Shown: positions 9,755 to 19,636 of the stretch, in pieces
Layout of the letters: each line of letters starts with the position of its first letter
Numbering within the stretch: position 1 is the first letter of the stretch
Source of the DNA: Candidatus Calescibacterium sp.
GTDB taxonomy: Bacteria; DRYD01
Assembly: GCA_025059235.1 (NCBI GenBank)
Contig: JANXCV010000004.1
Coordinates: forward strand, 3,109 to 67,108
Direction: 5' to 3'
DNA length: 64,000 nucleotides
Notes under the pieces: model-generated
The model's database searches: none
The model's input: the letters and a program-made list of their open reading frames with translations, nothing else
Told to the model about the DNA's origin: nothing
Made by a program: the position numbers and the translations under genes

Positions 9755-10953
9755 GTCGTTTGCAACTTTCTACGTTACCTAGAACAGAGAGCGGAAAATT
9801 GAAGTTTCCAGGTATCTCTCTAAAAGCTATACAGCATAAGTTTGATGCTCAAGCTACCGAGGCTCTCAGAAAAATACCCCTTTTACCTCAGCTAATGAAG
9901 GCTTTAAACAAAATATTCAATGAAGAGGCTTTGTATGTTATTTTAACTGGTCAAGCTTTGAGAGTCTCTCCCAGACAGTACCCCAGACTGTATAAAGTAT
10001 ATAAGGAAGTCCTGGAAATCCTGGATATCCCTTATGAACCAGAATTCTTCATCCAGAATAATGAAATTCCTAACGCCTTTGCTACTGGAATGGAAAGAAA
10101 ATTTGTAGTGGTAACCAGTGGATTAACTGATATTATGACTGAAGAAGAGCTTATTTTCGTCATAGGGCACGAACTAGGACACAACAAATTCGATCATATA
10201 CTATACAAGACGATCGCTTATATTCTTGGTCAGGTTGGTGTCGGTGTTGTGTCTTATTTATTTGGTGGTGTAGGACATTTAGCTGCCTTATCCTTGCAAC
10301 TGGGATTGCTGCATTGGAGCAGAATGGCTGAATTCTCAGCCGACAGAGCAGGATACCTCTGTGTTCAAGATAGAGACGTCTCTCTCAGTGCTTTAGCCAA
10401 ACTAGCCGGCTACTCGCGCAAGTATAGTGAAGAAGGAATAAATATAGAAGAAGTCATAGCTCAAGCAAAACAATTAGATGAAACCAACTTGCTTCAGACA
10501 GTCTACAAGTATATAGCCATGATTAATATGACGCATCCGTTTATCCCATATAGGGTTAGGGAACTGGATGAATGGATAAGATCTCCCGAAGCAATGAATA
10601 TACTTAATGGCAACTATCTTACCGAGGAAGAGTATAATCGTAGATTTTTCGCTCAATACCCTCCGTATCCATATCCTCCTTATCCATATCCTCCATATCA
10701 ACCATATCCACCTCAACAATCTTATCCACCTCAACAACCATATCCGCCTCAACAAACTTATCCAGTTCAACAGACTTACCAAGCACCATACCAGCCACCA
10801 TATCAACCTCAGCAGGTGTATCAACAGTATCAACCACCTCAACAGTATATTCCCACTCAACAATATTATTATCCTCAACCTCAGTATTATCAGCCAGTTG
10901 AAAAGCAGCCTGATGAACAAAAAGAGAATAAGCAGGAATCCCCAAAAATCTAG
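9751..10953 (+). CDS. M48-family zinc metalloprotease with a P/Q/Y-rich C-terminal tail
   Basis: HELGH zinc motif (VIGHELGHNKFDH) and downstream EFSADRAG. The last ~100 aa are YPPYPYPPYPYPPYQPYPPQQSYPPQQ... GTGA overlap with the hemL stop. Confidence 0.8.
   Translation: MSRLQLSTLPRTESGKLKFPGISLKAIQHKFDAQATEALRKIPLLPQLMKALNKIFNEEALYVILTGQALRVSPRQYPRLYKVYKEVLEILDIPYEPEFFIQNNEIPNAFATGMERKFVVVTSGLTDIMTEEELIFVIGHELGHNKFDHILYKTIAYILGQVGVGVVSYLFGGVGHLAALSLQLGLLHWSRMAEFSADRAGYLCVQDRDVSLSALAKLAGYSRKYSEEGINIEEVIAQAKQLDETNLLQTVYKYIAMINMTHPFIPYRVRELDEWIRSPEAMNILNGNYLTEEEYNRRFFAQYPPYPYPPYPYPPYQPYPPQQSYPPQQPYPPQQTYPVQQTYQAPYQPPYQPQQVYQQYQPPQQYIPTQQYYYPQPQYYQPVEKQPDEQKENKQESPKI
10654..10899 (+). repeat. 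Degenerate short tandem repeats encoding the P/Q/Y-rich tail
   Basis: Reiterated tatcca/cctcaacaa units. The stop-free composition produces spurious ORFs in several frames on both strands in the track. Confidence 0.8.
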
Positions 10954-11751
10954 GTGTTATACAACTACCTAGCTATAATCTCTTACATAGGTTTTAATTA
11001 CGACGGTTGGCAAAAGCAAAAAGGAAACAGTAACACGATACAGGAAATAGTAACAAGTTCTCTAGAAAAATTACTAGGTGTATCCATAAAGAAATCCAGT
11101 TATACCGGTAGGACTGATAAAGGAGTTAGTGCCCTCTTCCAACACCTGAATTTTTTCATCGAAAAAAAACTAGACGATAGACTCTTATCTGAATTACGTC
11201 ATGAAGTAAACAAAATTTTACCTCATGATATTCTTGTTCTGCATATTACCAGGGTTGACAACACGTTCAGTAGTAGATATAATGTCAAGTACAAGACTTA
11301 TGTATACAAAATGATTTTTTGTAATAATCAATTTCTGGTTAACGATGTATATGGTCTTCATAACTATCATTCGATGAAGCTGATTCCAAAGTCTGAGATT
11401 ATTCCCAAAGTGGAAGAATTTATTTCTCTTTTTTGTGGTTTGAAAGATTATTCCAGCTACTACAAGCCTGAAAAGGGGGTTAATAAAAATACCATGATAG
11501 ATTTGTACAGTCATTACTACGTTTATGACTTTCCTGATTTTTGGGTTTTGACATTAGAGTTCAAAGCTGTATATTTTCTTAGGAACATGGTAAGGAAGAT
11601 AGTTGGCATGTTGATAGCTTTTTTAGAGGGGAAGGTAGGGATTGATTATATACGTGATAGCCTGGACAATCCTCTTCCTTCGAAGGGCAAATTCATTGCT
11701 TCTCCGGAACCGTTGGTTTTATATAATGTAAAATATGACCGCTGGCCTTAA
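10954..11751 (+). CDS. truA: tRNA pseudouridine(38-40) synthase
   Basis: Catalytic-Asp block GRTDKGVSA, a 265-aa length and a GTG start directly after the preceding stop. Confidence 0.85.
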   Translation: MLYNYLAIISYIGFNYDGWQKQKGNSNTIQEIVTSSLEKLLGVSIKKSSYTGRTDKGVSALFQHLNFFIEKKLDDRLLSELRHEVNKILPHDILVLHITRVDNTFSSRYNVKYKTYVYKMIFCNNQFLVNDVYGLHNYHSMKLIPKSEIIPKVEEFISLFCGLKDYSSYYKPEKGVNKNTMIDLYSHYYVYDFPDFWVLTLEFKAVYFLRNMVRKIVGMLIAFLEGKVGIDYIRDSLDNPLPSKGKFIASPEPLVLYNVKYDRWP

Positions 11752-11793
11752 AAGAAGGGGCGGAATATAAATAACCTAGGCCAAAGGAACAAT

Positions 11794-13359
11794 ATGAAAA
11801 CAGTACTGAAAAACGGATATATAGTCGATGGGAAAAAAGGTTCCAAAGTCAGAAAAGGAGATATAGTCATTCAAGATGATAAAATAGTTGATATATTGGA
11901 AAGCCAAAATAATGAGTACCAGGACTATAGAGTTATTGATGTTAGCGGTTTATACGTTGTGCCGGGGTTTATTGATGTACATAGTCATAGTGATTTAACG
12001 ATAATGGTGCATCCTGAAGCCGAGAGCGCCCTCTCTCAGGGAGTAACTACTATAATTTCTGGTAATTGTGGATTTTCTGTGTGCCCTGTCGAAAAAACCT
12101 ATCAGAATATTCTTTCTGAGGCTAAATTTTATGGTATAGAAGATATAAAGTGGTCTAGTGTAGGACAATATCTGGATTTTCTCGGAAATATCAAAATTTC
12201 TGTTAATTATGCTTATTTGGTAGGTCATGGACAAATTAGAGCAGAAGTCTTAGGTTATTCTGATGTCAAAGTTTCACCTGAACATATCAAACAAATGAAG
12301 TATCTTCTTGAAAAAGCTCTTGATGAGGGAGCTATAGGACTATCGCTAGGTTTAATATATGTTCCCGGTAAGTTTGCAAGTACTGAGGAGTTAATAGAGC
12401 TTGCAAAAGTAGCCAGTTCTAAAAACAAGATAGTTACTAATCATATGAGATCAGAGAGTGCTTATCTGTTAGAGGCAATCGATGAGAGTATAACCATTTC
12501 TTCATGTGCTGGTGTAAATTTTGAGATTTCTCATTTAAAAGCTGCCGGGACAGGTAGAGGGAAAGCATTTCAAGCATGTGAAAAAATACAAAAAGCTATT
12601 TCCAGAGGAATAAATATAGCCGCTGATCAGTATCCGTATACAGCCTCTAACACGGGTTTATCCCAGGTTTTACCTCCAAAATATCTCGAAGGATCAATAG
12701 AGGAGATAATCCAGAAAATATCGATTGATCCTGAGAAGGTTGCTCAAGAGATAGAAAACCATCCACACACTCCCTGGGACAAAATACTGATCTCGGAAGC
12801 ATATAACCCAAAACTTATTAAGTATTTGGGTATGTCTATAAAGGATATAGCCATAGATATGGGACTAACTGAAGCTATGACTGTTATAGAGTTGATGAGA
12901 ATAGAAGGATATGATTTGGGTGCTATATACTTTTTGATGGATCAGGAAGAGGTTGACTACATAGCCACTAGGGACTTTGTTATGGTAGCTAGTGATAGTG
13001 CAGTTAGGAATTGTAATACTCCTGCATTTCCTCATCCCCGGACTTTTGGAACTTTCACAAAATTCATCTCTTACTATGTAAAGGAAAAAGGTTTATTATC
13101 TATAAGTGATGCGGTGTATAAAATGAGTTATTTTCCTGCCTGTAAATTTGGTATACAGAACAGGGGAGCTATTCAAAAAGGTTATATAGCAGATCTAGTT
13201 GTCATTGATTTAGACAATCTTTCTGATACTGCTAATTATTCAAATCCCAAATCTATCTCGAACGGGATAGAATATGTTTTTGTAAATGGGACACTTTCAT
13301 ACCACAGTAAGAGAGTTATAGCTCATAACGGTAAGGTTATATTTCATAAAAGCTTTTGA
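11794..13359 (+). CDS. N-acyl-D-amino-acid deacylase (D-aminoacylase) family amidohydrolase
   Basis: PGFIDVHSHSD metal-binding motif, QGVTTIISGNCGFS, 521 aa. Confidence 0.8.
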   Translation: MKTVLKNGYIVDGKKGSKVRKGDIVIQDDKIVDILESQNNEYQDYRVIDVSGLYVVPGFIDVHSHSDLTIMVHPEAESALSQGVTTIISGNCGFSVCPVEKTYQNILSEAKFYGIEDIKWSSVGQYLDFLGNIKISVNYAYLVGHGQIRAEVLGYSDVKVSPEHIKQMKYLLEKALDEGAIGLSLGLIYVPGKFASTEELIELAKVASSKNKIVTNHMRSESAYLLEAIDESITISSCAGVNFEISHLKAAGTGRGKAFQACEKIQKAISRGINIAADQYPYTASNTGLSQVLPPKYLEGSIEEIIQKISIDPEKVAQEIENHPHTPWDKILISEAYNPKLIKYLGMSIKDIAIDMGLTEAMTVIELMRIEGYDLGAIYFLMDQEEVDYIATRDFVMVASDSAVRNCNTPAFPHPRTFGTFTKFISYYVKEKGLLSISDAVYKMSYFPACKFGIQNRGAIQKGYIADLVVIDLDNLSDTANYSNPKSISNGIEYVFVNGTLSYHSKRVIAHNGKVIFHKSF

Positions 13360-13554
13360 TACGTTTTGAGTTTGGAAAAGCCTGTATATCAGGGGCTAGC
13401 TTACTTTGATCCTGGTTTTGCATTGGCTTACCTGAGAATAATATGTGTATTACTTATAGGACTGGTAATAGAAGCTCGCCAATTCTGAAAAAGCTCTTTG
13501 TTCGGGTATTGATAAGAGCATATTGATGTGGATAGAGATCATTTCAGATAGAGG

Positions 13555-14124
13555 TTATTCTGCTAATTTTTTGTAGTTTTCATAGAATTCCAGGACTTTT
13601 TGGACGTAGTGTTGTGTTTCTTTGAAAGGGGGTATACCTCCATATTTTTTGACATTTCCTGGGCCTGCATTATAGGCTGCTATAGCTAACTCAAGGTCGT
13701 TATTGAATTGATCAAGTAGCTGAGCTAAATACTTCGCTCCACCCATGATATTTTGTTTGGGGTCAAATGGATTTTTAACTCTTAGATGTTTTGCTGTTAT
13801 ATCTGTGATTTGCATCAATCCTTTTGCTCCCGCTTCTGATTGAGCCTTTGGATTGAAATTACTTTCTTTCTTAATAACTGCCTTTATTAGATTTGGGTCT
13901 ATATTGTACTTTTGGGATGCTTCACAAATTATTGAATCGTATTTATCTTCTATCCCTCCTGCTTTAGCTATGTTACAAGTTATTTTTTCTTGTATTTTTA
14001 TTCTTTGTATTTTTGATTGGTCACTGTGTAGAGTTTGGGATAGAGGCTGATTATTTGCTACTGTTTGTTGGTTTTTGTTGATTGAAGGTTTTGGTTCACC
14101 TGCAGTATACTTTCCTATCTTCAT
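13555..14124 (-). CDS. Lytic transglycosylase (SLT domain), paralogue 1
   Basis: Catalytic block IKKESNFNPKAQSEAGAKGLMQ and [23 protein letters not shown]. Confidence 0.85.
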   Translation of the reverse strand: MKIGKYTAGEPKPSINKNQQTVANNQPLSQTLHSDQSKIQRIKIQEKITCNIAKAGGIEDKYDSIICEASQKYNIDPNLIKAVIKKESNFNPKAQSEAGAKGLMQITDITAKHLRVKNPFDPKQNIMGGAKYLAQLLDQFNNDLELAIAAYNAGPGNVKKYGGIPPFKETQHYVQKVLEFYENYKKLAE

Positions 14125-14313
14125 AATTTTCTGTCTGATTTGCCCATATATATATTTTAGTTCAAATCCTATGAATTTGCTATTTCATGTCGAGAAAATT
14201 TACAAATTTTTAAAATTTTTAAATTTTATAGCTACTAGAAATGTTTTGTTTTCTTGGAATGTAGGAGGATTTTTTTTTCACTCTAAGAATTAATTTTTGA
14301 AGTAAAAACTGGT

Positions 14314-15573
14314 ATGAAATATAGCGTAAAATATATTGATAACAATGATCAAGTAAAGACAGTTGTTGTTGAGGGTAAAAATAAGGAAGAAGTTTTTACC
14401 AGAATTATTTCTGATCCAAATGTTAAGGCAATTATTTCTTTAGATTATTTTTCTGGGTTCAGTTTGAAAAATATTAATGTTTTTAGCCAGACAAAGATAG
14501 ATTTGTCTACCTTGGCTTTTATTTGTAGGCAGTTCAGTTATATGTTTGAAGCTGGATTATCCGTGAGTTCTATGATGACCATACTTATAAGGACGATAAG
14601 AAAACCTTGGCTAAAAACGATTTTTGAAAACATATACGCAGATATACTAGCTGGTTTAAGTTTTTACAGATCTTTTTCTAAGTATGAAAAGTACTTTGGT
14701 AGTCTTTTTGTGAATATGATAAGGGTTGGAGAAACTAGCGGTAATCTGGATAAAATATTTGCAAGCTTGGCGAACTATTATGAATATTCGTTATCTTTAA
14801 GAAATAGATTAATCAATGTTCTTATTTATCCTATTTTTGTTATTTTTGCTGTTTTAATTGTTTGGGGAATTGCGATGTTTTTTGTTGTCCCAAAATTCAA
14901 GCAAATATTTATCCAGATATTAGGTCAAGAAAAGGTTTATAGAGAACTACCTTTTATCACTATTTTGATGCTTAATTTGTCAGATATTTATATGACAAAA
15001 TTATCTAATTCTAATGTCAAATTGGGATATATCCTATATTTCCTTAAGTTTGGTTTGTTTGGTATTGTTTTGTATTTGTGGAAAAATTTTGATTTTAGGA
15101 AGAATTTGGAAATTATATTAATGAGAATTCCGTTAATTTCGACGATTATTAGATTTTACTATTGTTCGATTTTTTTCAAGGCTTTACATACTACTTTGAC
15201 AAATGGGATACTGGTAGTTCCTGCTTTGAGGATGTCTTCTCAAGCTACTACTAGTTCGATATTCCAGAAGAAGATAGAGGAGGTTATTTTGAACATAGAG
15301 CAAGGTAAGAGATTAAGTGATAGTTTGATAAGTACTCAGCTTTTTGAGCCAATAATTGAGCAGATGCTGGTGACTGGTGAAAAAAGTGGTAGTATATATC
15401 AGATGCTCAGAGAGGCGGACAAATACTATTCCAGAGAAATGGAAATACTTATGGAAAGAATAATGAGAATGGTAGAGCCCGTACTTATTGTTGTCATAGG
15501 GGTCTTTGTTTTCTTCATATTACTTTCACTTTATTTACCTATATTTATACTACCTTCAAAAATTATCAGGTAG
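14314..15573 (+). CDS. Type II secretion / type IV pilus platform protein (GspF/PilC family)
   Basis: 419 aa with two repeated cytoplasmic GspF-type domains (LSFYRSFSKYEKYF..MIRVGETSGNLD and LSDSLISTQLFEP..MLVTGEKSGSI) separated by TM helices. Confidence 0.85.
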   Translation: MKYSVKYIDNNDQVKTVVVEGKNKEEVFTRIISDPNVKAIISLDYFSGFSLKNINVFSQTKIDLSTLAFICRQFSYMFEAGLSVSSMMTILIRTIRKPWLKTIFENIYADILAGLSFYRSFSKYEKYFGSLFVNMIRVGETSGNLDKIFASLANYYEYSLSLRNRLINVLIYPIFVIFAVLIVWGIAMFFVVPKFKQIFIQILGQEKVYRELPFITILMLNLSDIYMTKLSNSNVKLGYILYFLKFGLFGIVLYLWKNFDFRKNLEIILMRIPLISTIIRFYYCSIFFKALHTTLTNGILVVPALRMSSQATTSSIFQKKIEEVILNIEQGKRLSDSLISTQLFEPIIEQMLVTGEKSGSIYQMLREADKYYSREMEILMERIMRMVEPVLIVVIGVFVFFILLSLYLPIFILPSKIIR

Positions 15574-15575
15574 TG

Positions 15576-16409
15576 ATGAAGATAATAAATAGTGGTAGTG
15601 AAAGGAATTTCATAATATTGAAGAGGAAAGTGATCCTTATTGATAACAATCAGGAAAGTCTTAAGAAGTATGTTTTTGTTTCCAAATTTCTTAAGGATAA
15701 TCGTATTAATGTTCCCAGGATATATGAAATTTTTCCAAATTTTGTGATACTTCAAAACCTGGGAGATAATCTATATTCTCTTATCAGGAAAAAGCCAAGG
15801 AATAATAGGTGGTTATTAGAGAAATACTCCAAGATCATAAATGAAATAATTAAGATACATTCGTTGGATATGTATTATGGGAAAGGGTTTAATTTTTTTG
15901 ATCTAAGAGTTTTGAGATGGGAATGGAAGTATTTCATTGAAAACTATCTTTTGAATTATTTAGGATATCGTTTTGTTGACAGGTGGTACTATTTTTTGGA
16001 AATTGTGGTCAACACTTGTTACAATGTATACAGGAATTATAGGAGTTTGATTCATAGGGATTTACAATCGACGAACGTGATATTTTATAAACGGAAGCCT
16101 TATTTGATTGATTTTCAAGGGATGATGGTTGGGAATTTTTTATATGATTTGGCTTCATTGCTCGAAGATCCTTACGTTAATTTACCAGACTTTCTTAAAG
16201 AAAGGTTAATATATTTGTATTTTCAGAAGAGTTTGTTCTCGTCTTCTTTGTCTTTGTTATATAAATACTACAAGGTTCAGAGATTAGTTCAGGTTTTGGG
16301 AGCTTTTTCTTTTCTTTCGATACACAAAAACAAGGAATTTTTCATTGATAAGCTTAGGAATTCATTCAATGTATATAGGAGTATAGTGCAGGAGTTAAAA
16401 AATCTATGA
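15576..16409 (+). CDS. Aminoglycoside-phosphotransferase-fold kinase (AmgK-like)
   Basis: Catalytic loop HRDLQSTNVIF and the metal-binding IDFQG motif followed by YDLASLLEDPY. ATG at 15576 preferred to the GTG at 15573. Confidence 0.7.
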   Translation: MKIINSGSERNFIILKRKVILIDNNQESLKKYVFVSKFLKDNRINVPRIYEIFPNFVILQNLGDNLYSLIRKKPRNNRWLLEKYSKIINEIIKIHSLDMYYGKGFNFFDLRVLRWEWKYFIENYLLNYLGYRFVDRWYYFLEIVVNTCYNVYRNYRSLIHRDLQSTNVIFYKRKPYLIDFQGMMVGNFLYDLASLLEDPYVNLPDFLKERLIYLYFQKSLFSSSLSLLYKYYKVQRLVQVLGAFSFLSIHKNKEFFIDKLRNSFNVYRSIVQELKNL

Positions 16410-17134
16410 ACCTTGAAAAGATAATCGAGGATATTGATGTTATTGAGAAGAAAATAGGATATTCGTTTTCGGACAAACTTTTATTAATTCAAGCTTTCCT
16501 ACATAGCTCTATTTTTAACTTTCCTATTGAGATAGATATTAATGGGAAAAAGGGGAGGTTGACGAGTAATCAGAGATTGGAGTTTTTAGGTGATGGAATA
16601 CTTAATTATATAGTTTCAGAATATGTTTTTTTTAAGTATCCGACTTTTTCTGAGGATTATTTATCTTCTTTTAGATCCCTTATTGTTAATTACTACACTT
16701 TATACAAGGTTTGTGTTTATTTAGATATGGCGAAGTATTTAGTTTTCAAGTATGATAGTTTGGGTAGAAACAGTGCGAATATAAAAAATTATTCTGATAT
16801 TGTGGAGGCTCTTATAGGTGCTATTTATGTAGATTCAGGTTCGATTTCTGAAGTTAAGAATTTTTTTCATAACATTATACTTAAGGTTTTTTATTCGAAT
16901 CTTGATGAAATCGTAGAGAATATATTTGATTGGAAGGGTTTTTTACAGAGTATTTTACAGAAAAAAGGGTTGGAAGTTCCAAAATATAAGGTTGTAGAGA
17001 AGAATGAGGAGGGATTTTTTATAATAGTTTATAGGGATAATGTGGAGCTTAGTTCTGGTTTTGCCAGAACAAAGAAGGAAGCTGAGAAGCGTGCAGCTAT
17101 GAACTTTATAAAAAAACTGGGAATTATAGAATAA
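16406..17134 (+). CDS. rnc: Ribonuclease III
   Basis: Signature ERLEFLGDGILN and a C-terminal dsRBD ending KKEAEKRAAMNFIKKL. Confidence 0.9.
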   Translation: MNLEKIIEDIDVIEKKIGYSFSDKLLLIQAFLHSSIFNFPIEIDINGKKGRLTSNQRLEFLGDGILNYIVSEYVFFKYPTFSEDYLSSFRSLIVNYYTLYKVCVYLDMAKYLVFKYDSLGRNSANIKNYSDIVEALIGAIYVDSGSISEVKNFFHNIILKVFYSNLDEIVENIFDWKGFLQSILQKKGLEVPKYKVVEKNEEGFFIIVYRDNVELSSGFARTKKEAEKRAAMNFIKKLGIIE

Positions 17135-17215
17135 CACATAAAGGAGCTCAATCCTAAACTGTAAAATAATTAATAAAGAACTAGTCTCAAAACTAAAATA
17201 TGCGAGGTAAGAATA

Positions 17216-19192
17216 ATGGGAAAAGTTAGCTTCGAAAATACAAAATACCTAAAGTATGCTGATTATAAGACTTTAAAAGATTTCAACTACAGTCAATTAG
17301 AGATTTTATCCCAAGAAATAAGAGACTATATAACAGAGGTTATATATCACAACGGAGGGCATTTTGGTAGTAATCTTGGTATTGTTGAATTAACCATTTC
17401 GATACTGAGAAATTATAACCCTGAAAGAGATAAGATAGTGTTTGATACTTCTCATCAATCTTATGTGTATAAGATTCTTACGGATAGAAAGGAGAAATTT
17501 CAGACTTTGAGGAGCTTTGGAGGTATTTCTGGATTTTCTAAGATAAAGGAAAGTAAGTTTGATCATTTTGGTGCTGGTCATGCCGGAACTGGCTTGTCTG
17601 CAGCTCTTGGGTACGCAAAAGCCAGAGACATTAGCAAACAGGACTATGAAGTAGTATGTATTATTGGTGATGCTGCATTAACTTGCGGAGTTACGTTTGA
17701 AGCAATAAACAATCTAGGTCAGTATCCTACGAAAATGACAATAGTCTTAAATGATAACGAATACTCGATCTCAAGGAATGTTGGTGCTATCTCAATGTAT
17801 CTAAAAAGACTGAGAAACAATCCCATTATATTAAAAGTCGAGGAAAAAATTGATGATATATTAGCTAAGCTGCCAGTCAATAGTGTTATAAAAGGATGGA
17901 TAAGAGATACCAAGAGTTGGGTTGAAGAGGGATTCACTAAGCTTGTATCTCCTTCTATAGTAGGTGTTATATTTGAGGAATTTGGGATACAGTATATAGG
18001 TCCGATCAATGGGCATGATATAAAACTTCTAGATGATGTTTTTGCTTTTACCAGATCTCTTAATAAACCTGTTATAGTACATGTTATAACGCAGAAAGGT
18101 AAGGGAAACAGGGAAGCGGAGAATCATTCGGAGAGGATGCACGGGGTTGCAAAGGGGAAAATAAAGCCCAGTCATTTTATTTATTTCAGTACTGATGAGG
18201 GGATGAAATTTGATGAATTTACAAAGGGTATAAATAAGACCTATACTGAGGTTTTCAGCGAGGCTATTGTTGAGTTAGCTAGGAAAGATGAAAAAATAAT
18301 TGCTATAACTGCAGCTATGCCATCTGGAACAGGTTTAGTTAATTTTTCAAGAATCTTTCCGGATAGGTTTTTCGATGTTGGCATAGCTGAGGAGCATGCT
18401 GTGATATTTGCTTGTGGGCTAGCTCTTGCTGGTTTAAAGCCAGTCGTTGCGATATACTCTACTTTTCTACAAAGAGCCTTTGATATGTTGATTCATGATG
18501 TTGCTTTACAAAACATCCCTATTCTTTTTGTTCTTGATAGGGCTGGGATAGTAGGGGAGGACGGACCAACCCACCACGGAGTCTTTGATCTATCATACTT
18601 GCGAATTATTCCGAATGTCGAAGTTTTTGCTCCCTCTGATGAAGTTGAATTAAGGAACATTCTCTATACAGTTCTATCTGATTTGAAAAAACCTACGTTT
18701 GTAAGGTACCCAAGAGATTTTGTTGAAGGACTAAAGATAGGTGATTTTGAAAAAATAGATATTTACAAATGGAAGTTAATTTACAGAACTGAAAGTGAAC
18801 AGAGTAAAAGTGTATGTATTTTATCTACTGGAAGGATGAAAAGATTTGTAAGCGATATTTGTAGAATTCTTGAGGGTCAGGGTGTATCCGTAACTGCGTA
18901 TAACTGTATTTCTGTAAAACCCCTTGATACCGAGGTTTTAAGGAATTTAGAAAAGTACGATTTGGTATTGACGCTGGAGGATAATGTTCTTGCTGGTGGT
19001 TTTGCAAGTTATGTTCTAGAATATTTGAACGACAATGATATTCATGTGAGTGTTCTAAGAATTGGGTGGAAAGATGAATTTGTAGAACATGGATCAATGT
19101 CAACTCTTTTCAGGCACTACGGTATTGAGCCTAATAATATTGCAAATCAAGTTCTAGAGAGATTGTTTGATAAAGTGAAAGTTTCCTGGTAA
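17216..19192 (+). CDS. dxs: 1-deoxy-D-xylulose-5-phosphate synthase
   Basis: GGHFGSNLG, GDAALTCG (TPP-binding), DVGIAEEHAV, DRAGIVGEDGPTHHG. Confidence 0.92.
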   Translation: MGKVSFENTKYLKYADYKTLKDFNYSQLEILSQEIRDYITEVIYHNGGHFGSNLGIVELTISILRNYNPERDKIVFDTSHQSYVYKILTDRKEKFQTLRSFGGISGFSKIKESKFDHFGAGHAGTGLSAALGYAKARDISKQDYEVVCIIGDAALTCGVTFEAINNLGQYPTKMTIVLNDNEYSISRNVGAISMYLKRLRNNPIILKVEEKIDDILAKLPVNSVIKGWIRDTKSWVEEGFTKLVSPSIVGVIFEEFGIQYIGPINGHDIKLLDDVFAFTRSLNKPVIVHVITQKGKGNREAENHSERMHGVAKGKIKPSHFIYFSTDEGMKFDEFTKGINKTYTEVFSEAIVELARKDEKIIAITAAMPSGTGLVNFSRIFPDRFFDVGIAEEHAVIFACGLALAGLKPVVAIYSTFLQRAFDMLIHDVALQNIPILFVLDRAGIVGEDGPTHHGVFDLSYLRIIPNVEVFAPSDEVELRNILYTVLSDLKKPTFVRYPRDFVEGLKIGDFEKIDIYKWKLIYRTESEQSKSVCILSTGRMKRFVSDICRILEGQGVSVTAYNCISVKPLDTEVLRNLEKYDLVLTLEDNVLAGGFASYVLEYLNDNDIHVSVLRIGWKDEFVEHGSMSTLFRHYGIEPNNIANQVLERLFDKVKVSW

Positions 19193-19238
19193 ACCAAAGT
19201 TGGATAGTTAGGATTATTCATATTTTTTGTAAAATAGC

Positions 19239-19580
19239 ATGTATGAAGTGTTTGATCAATTTTTCTCTAAAATTTTAATTTTTGTTTTTTGTGTGGTTAT
19301 GTTATTTTATATATTTTTAGTGTATTCTCCAGCTTCTGAGGGCAGTTATATATTGATGTTCAATAGGAGCAGTTTTCTCAAAAATGCATCATATTTATTC
19401 AACACTATTGAACTAAGGGATAACAAGATAGTTTTGGAATCTTCTGATAGCTATATTCCCTTGAAGAGTATTGTTGATGTGGATAATTTTCTTGATGATG
19501 GTATACTGTCAACTGGTTTAATAAGATCCAAGGAAGGAAAGTACTATTTAGGCTATACAATTATACTGAAAAACAGGTGA
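19239..19580 (+). CDS. Hypothetical small membrane protein
   Basis: 113-aa ORF with one N-terminal TM (ILIFVFCVVMLFYIFLVY). No recognisable motif. Confidence 0.45.
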   Translation: MYEVFDQFFSKILIFVFCVVMLFYIFLVYSPASEGSYILMFNRSSFLKNASYLFNTIELRDNKIVLESSDSYIPLKSIVDVDNFLDDGILSTGLIRSKEGKYYLGYTIILKNR

Positions 19581-19636
19581 TATTTATTTTTTGTGGAAAT
19601 GATATAAATAAGAAGGAAAATTAAGGAGGATATACC

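Noticed and set aside
10474-10972. ORFs 10474..10920(-), 10607..10972(+) and 10619..10945(-)
   Set aside because: They are artefacts of the stop-free P/Q/Y repeat DNA inside the M48 gene. All overlap it completely.
13420-13490. TPP-riboswitch-like CTGAGA / GGTAATAG elements
   Set aside because: Only fragments of the consensus are present. The pyrimidine-sensor helix and conserved ACCUGAUC..GCG block are missing, and there is no downstream gene because the region lies between convergent stops.
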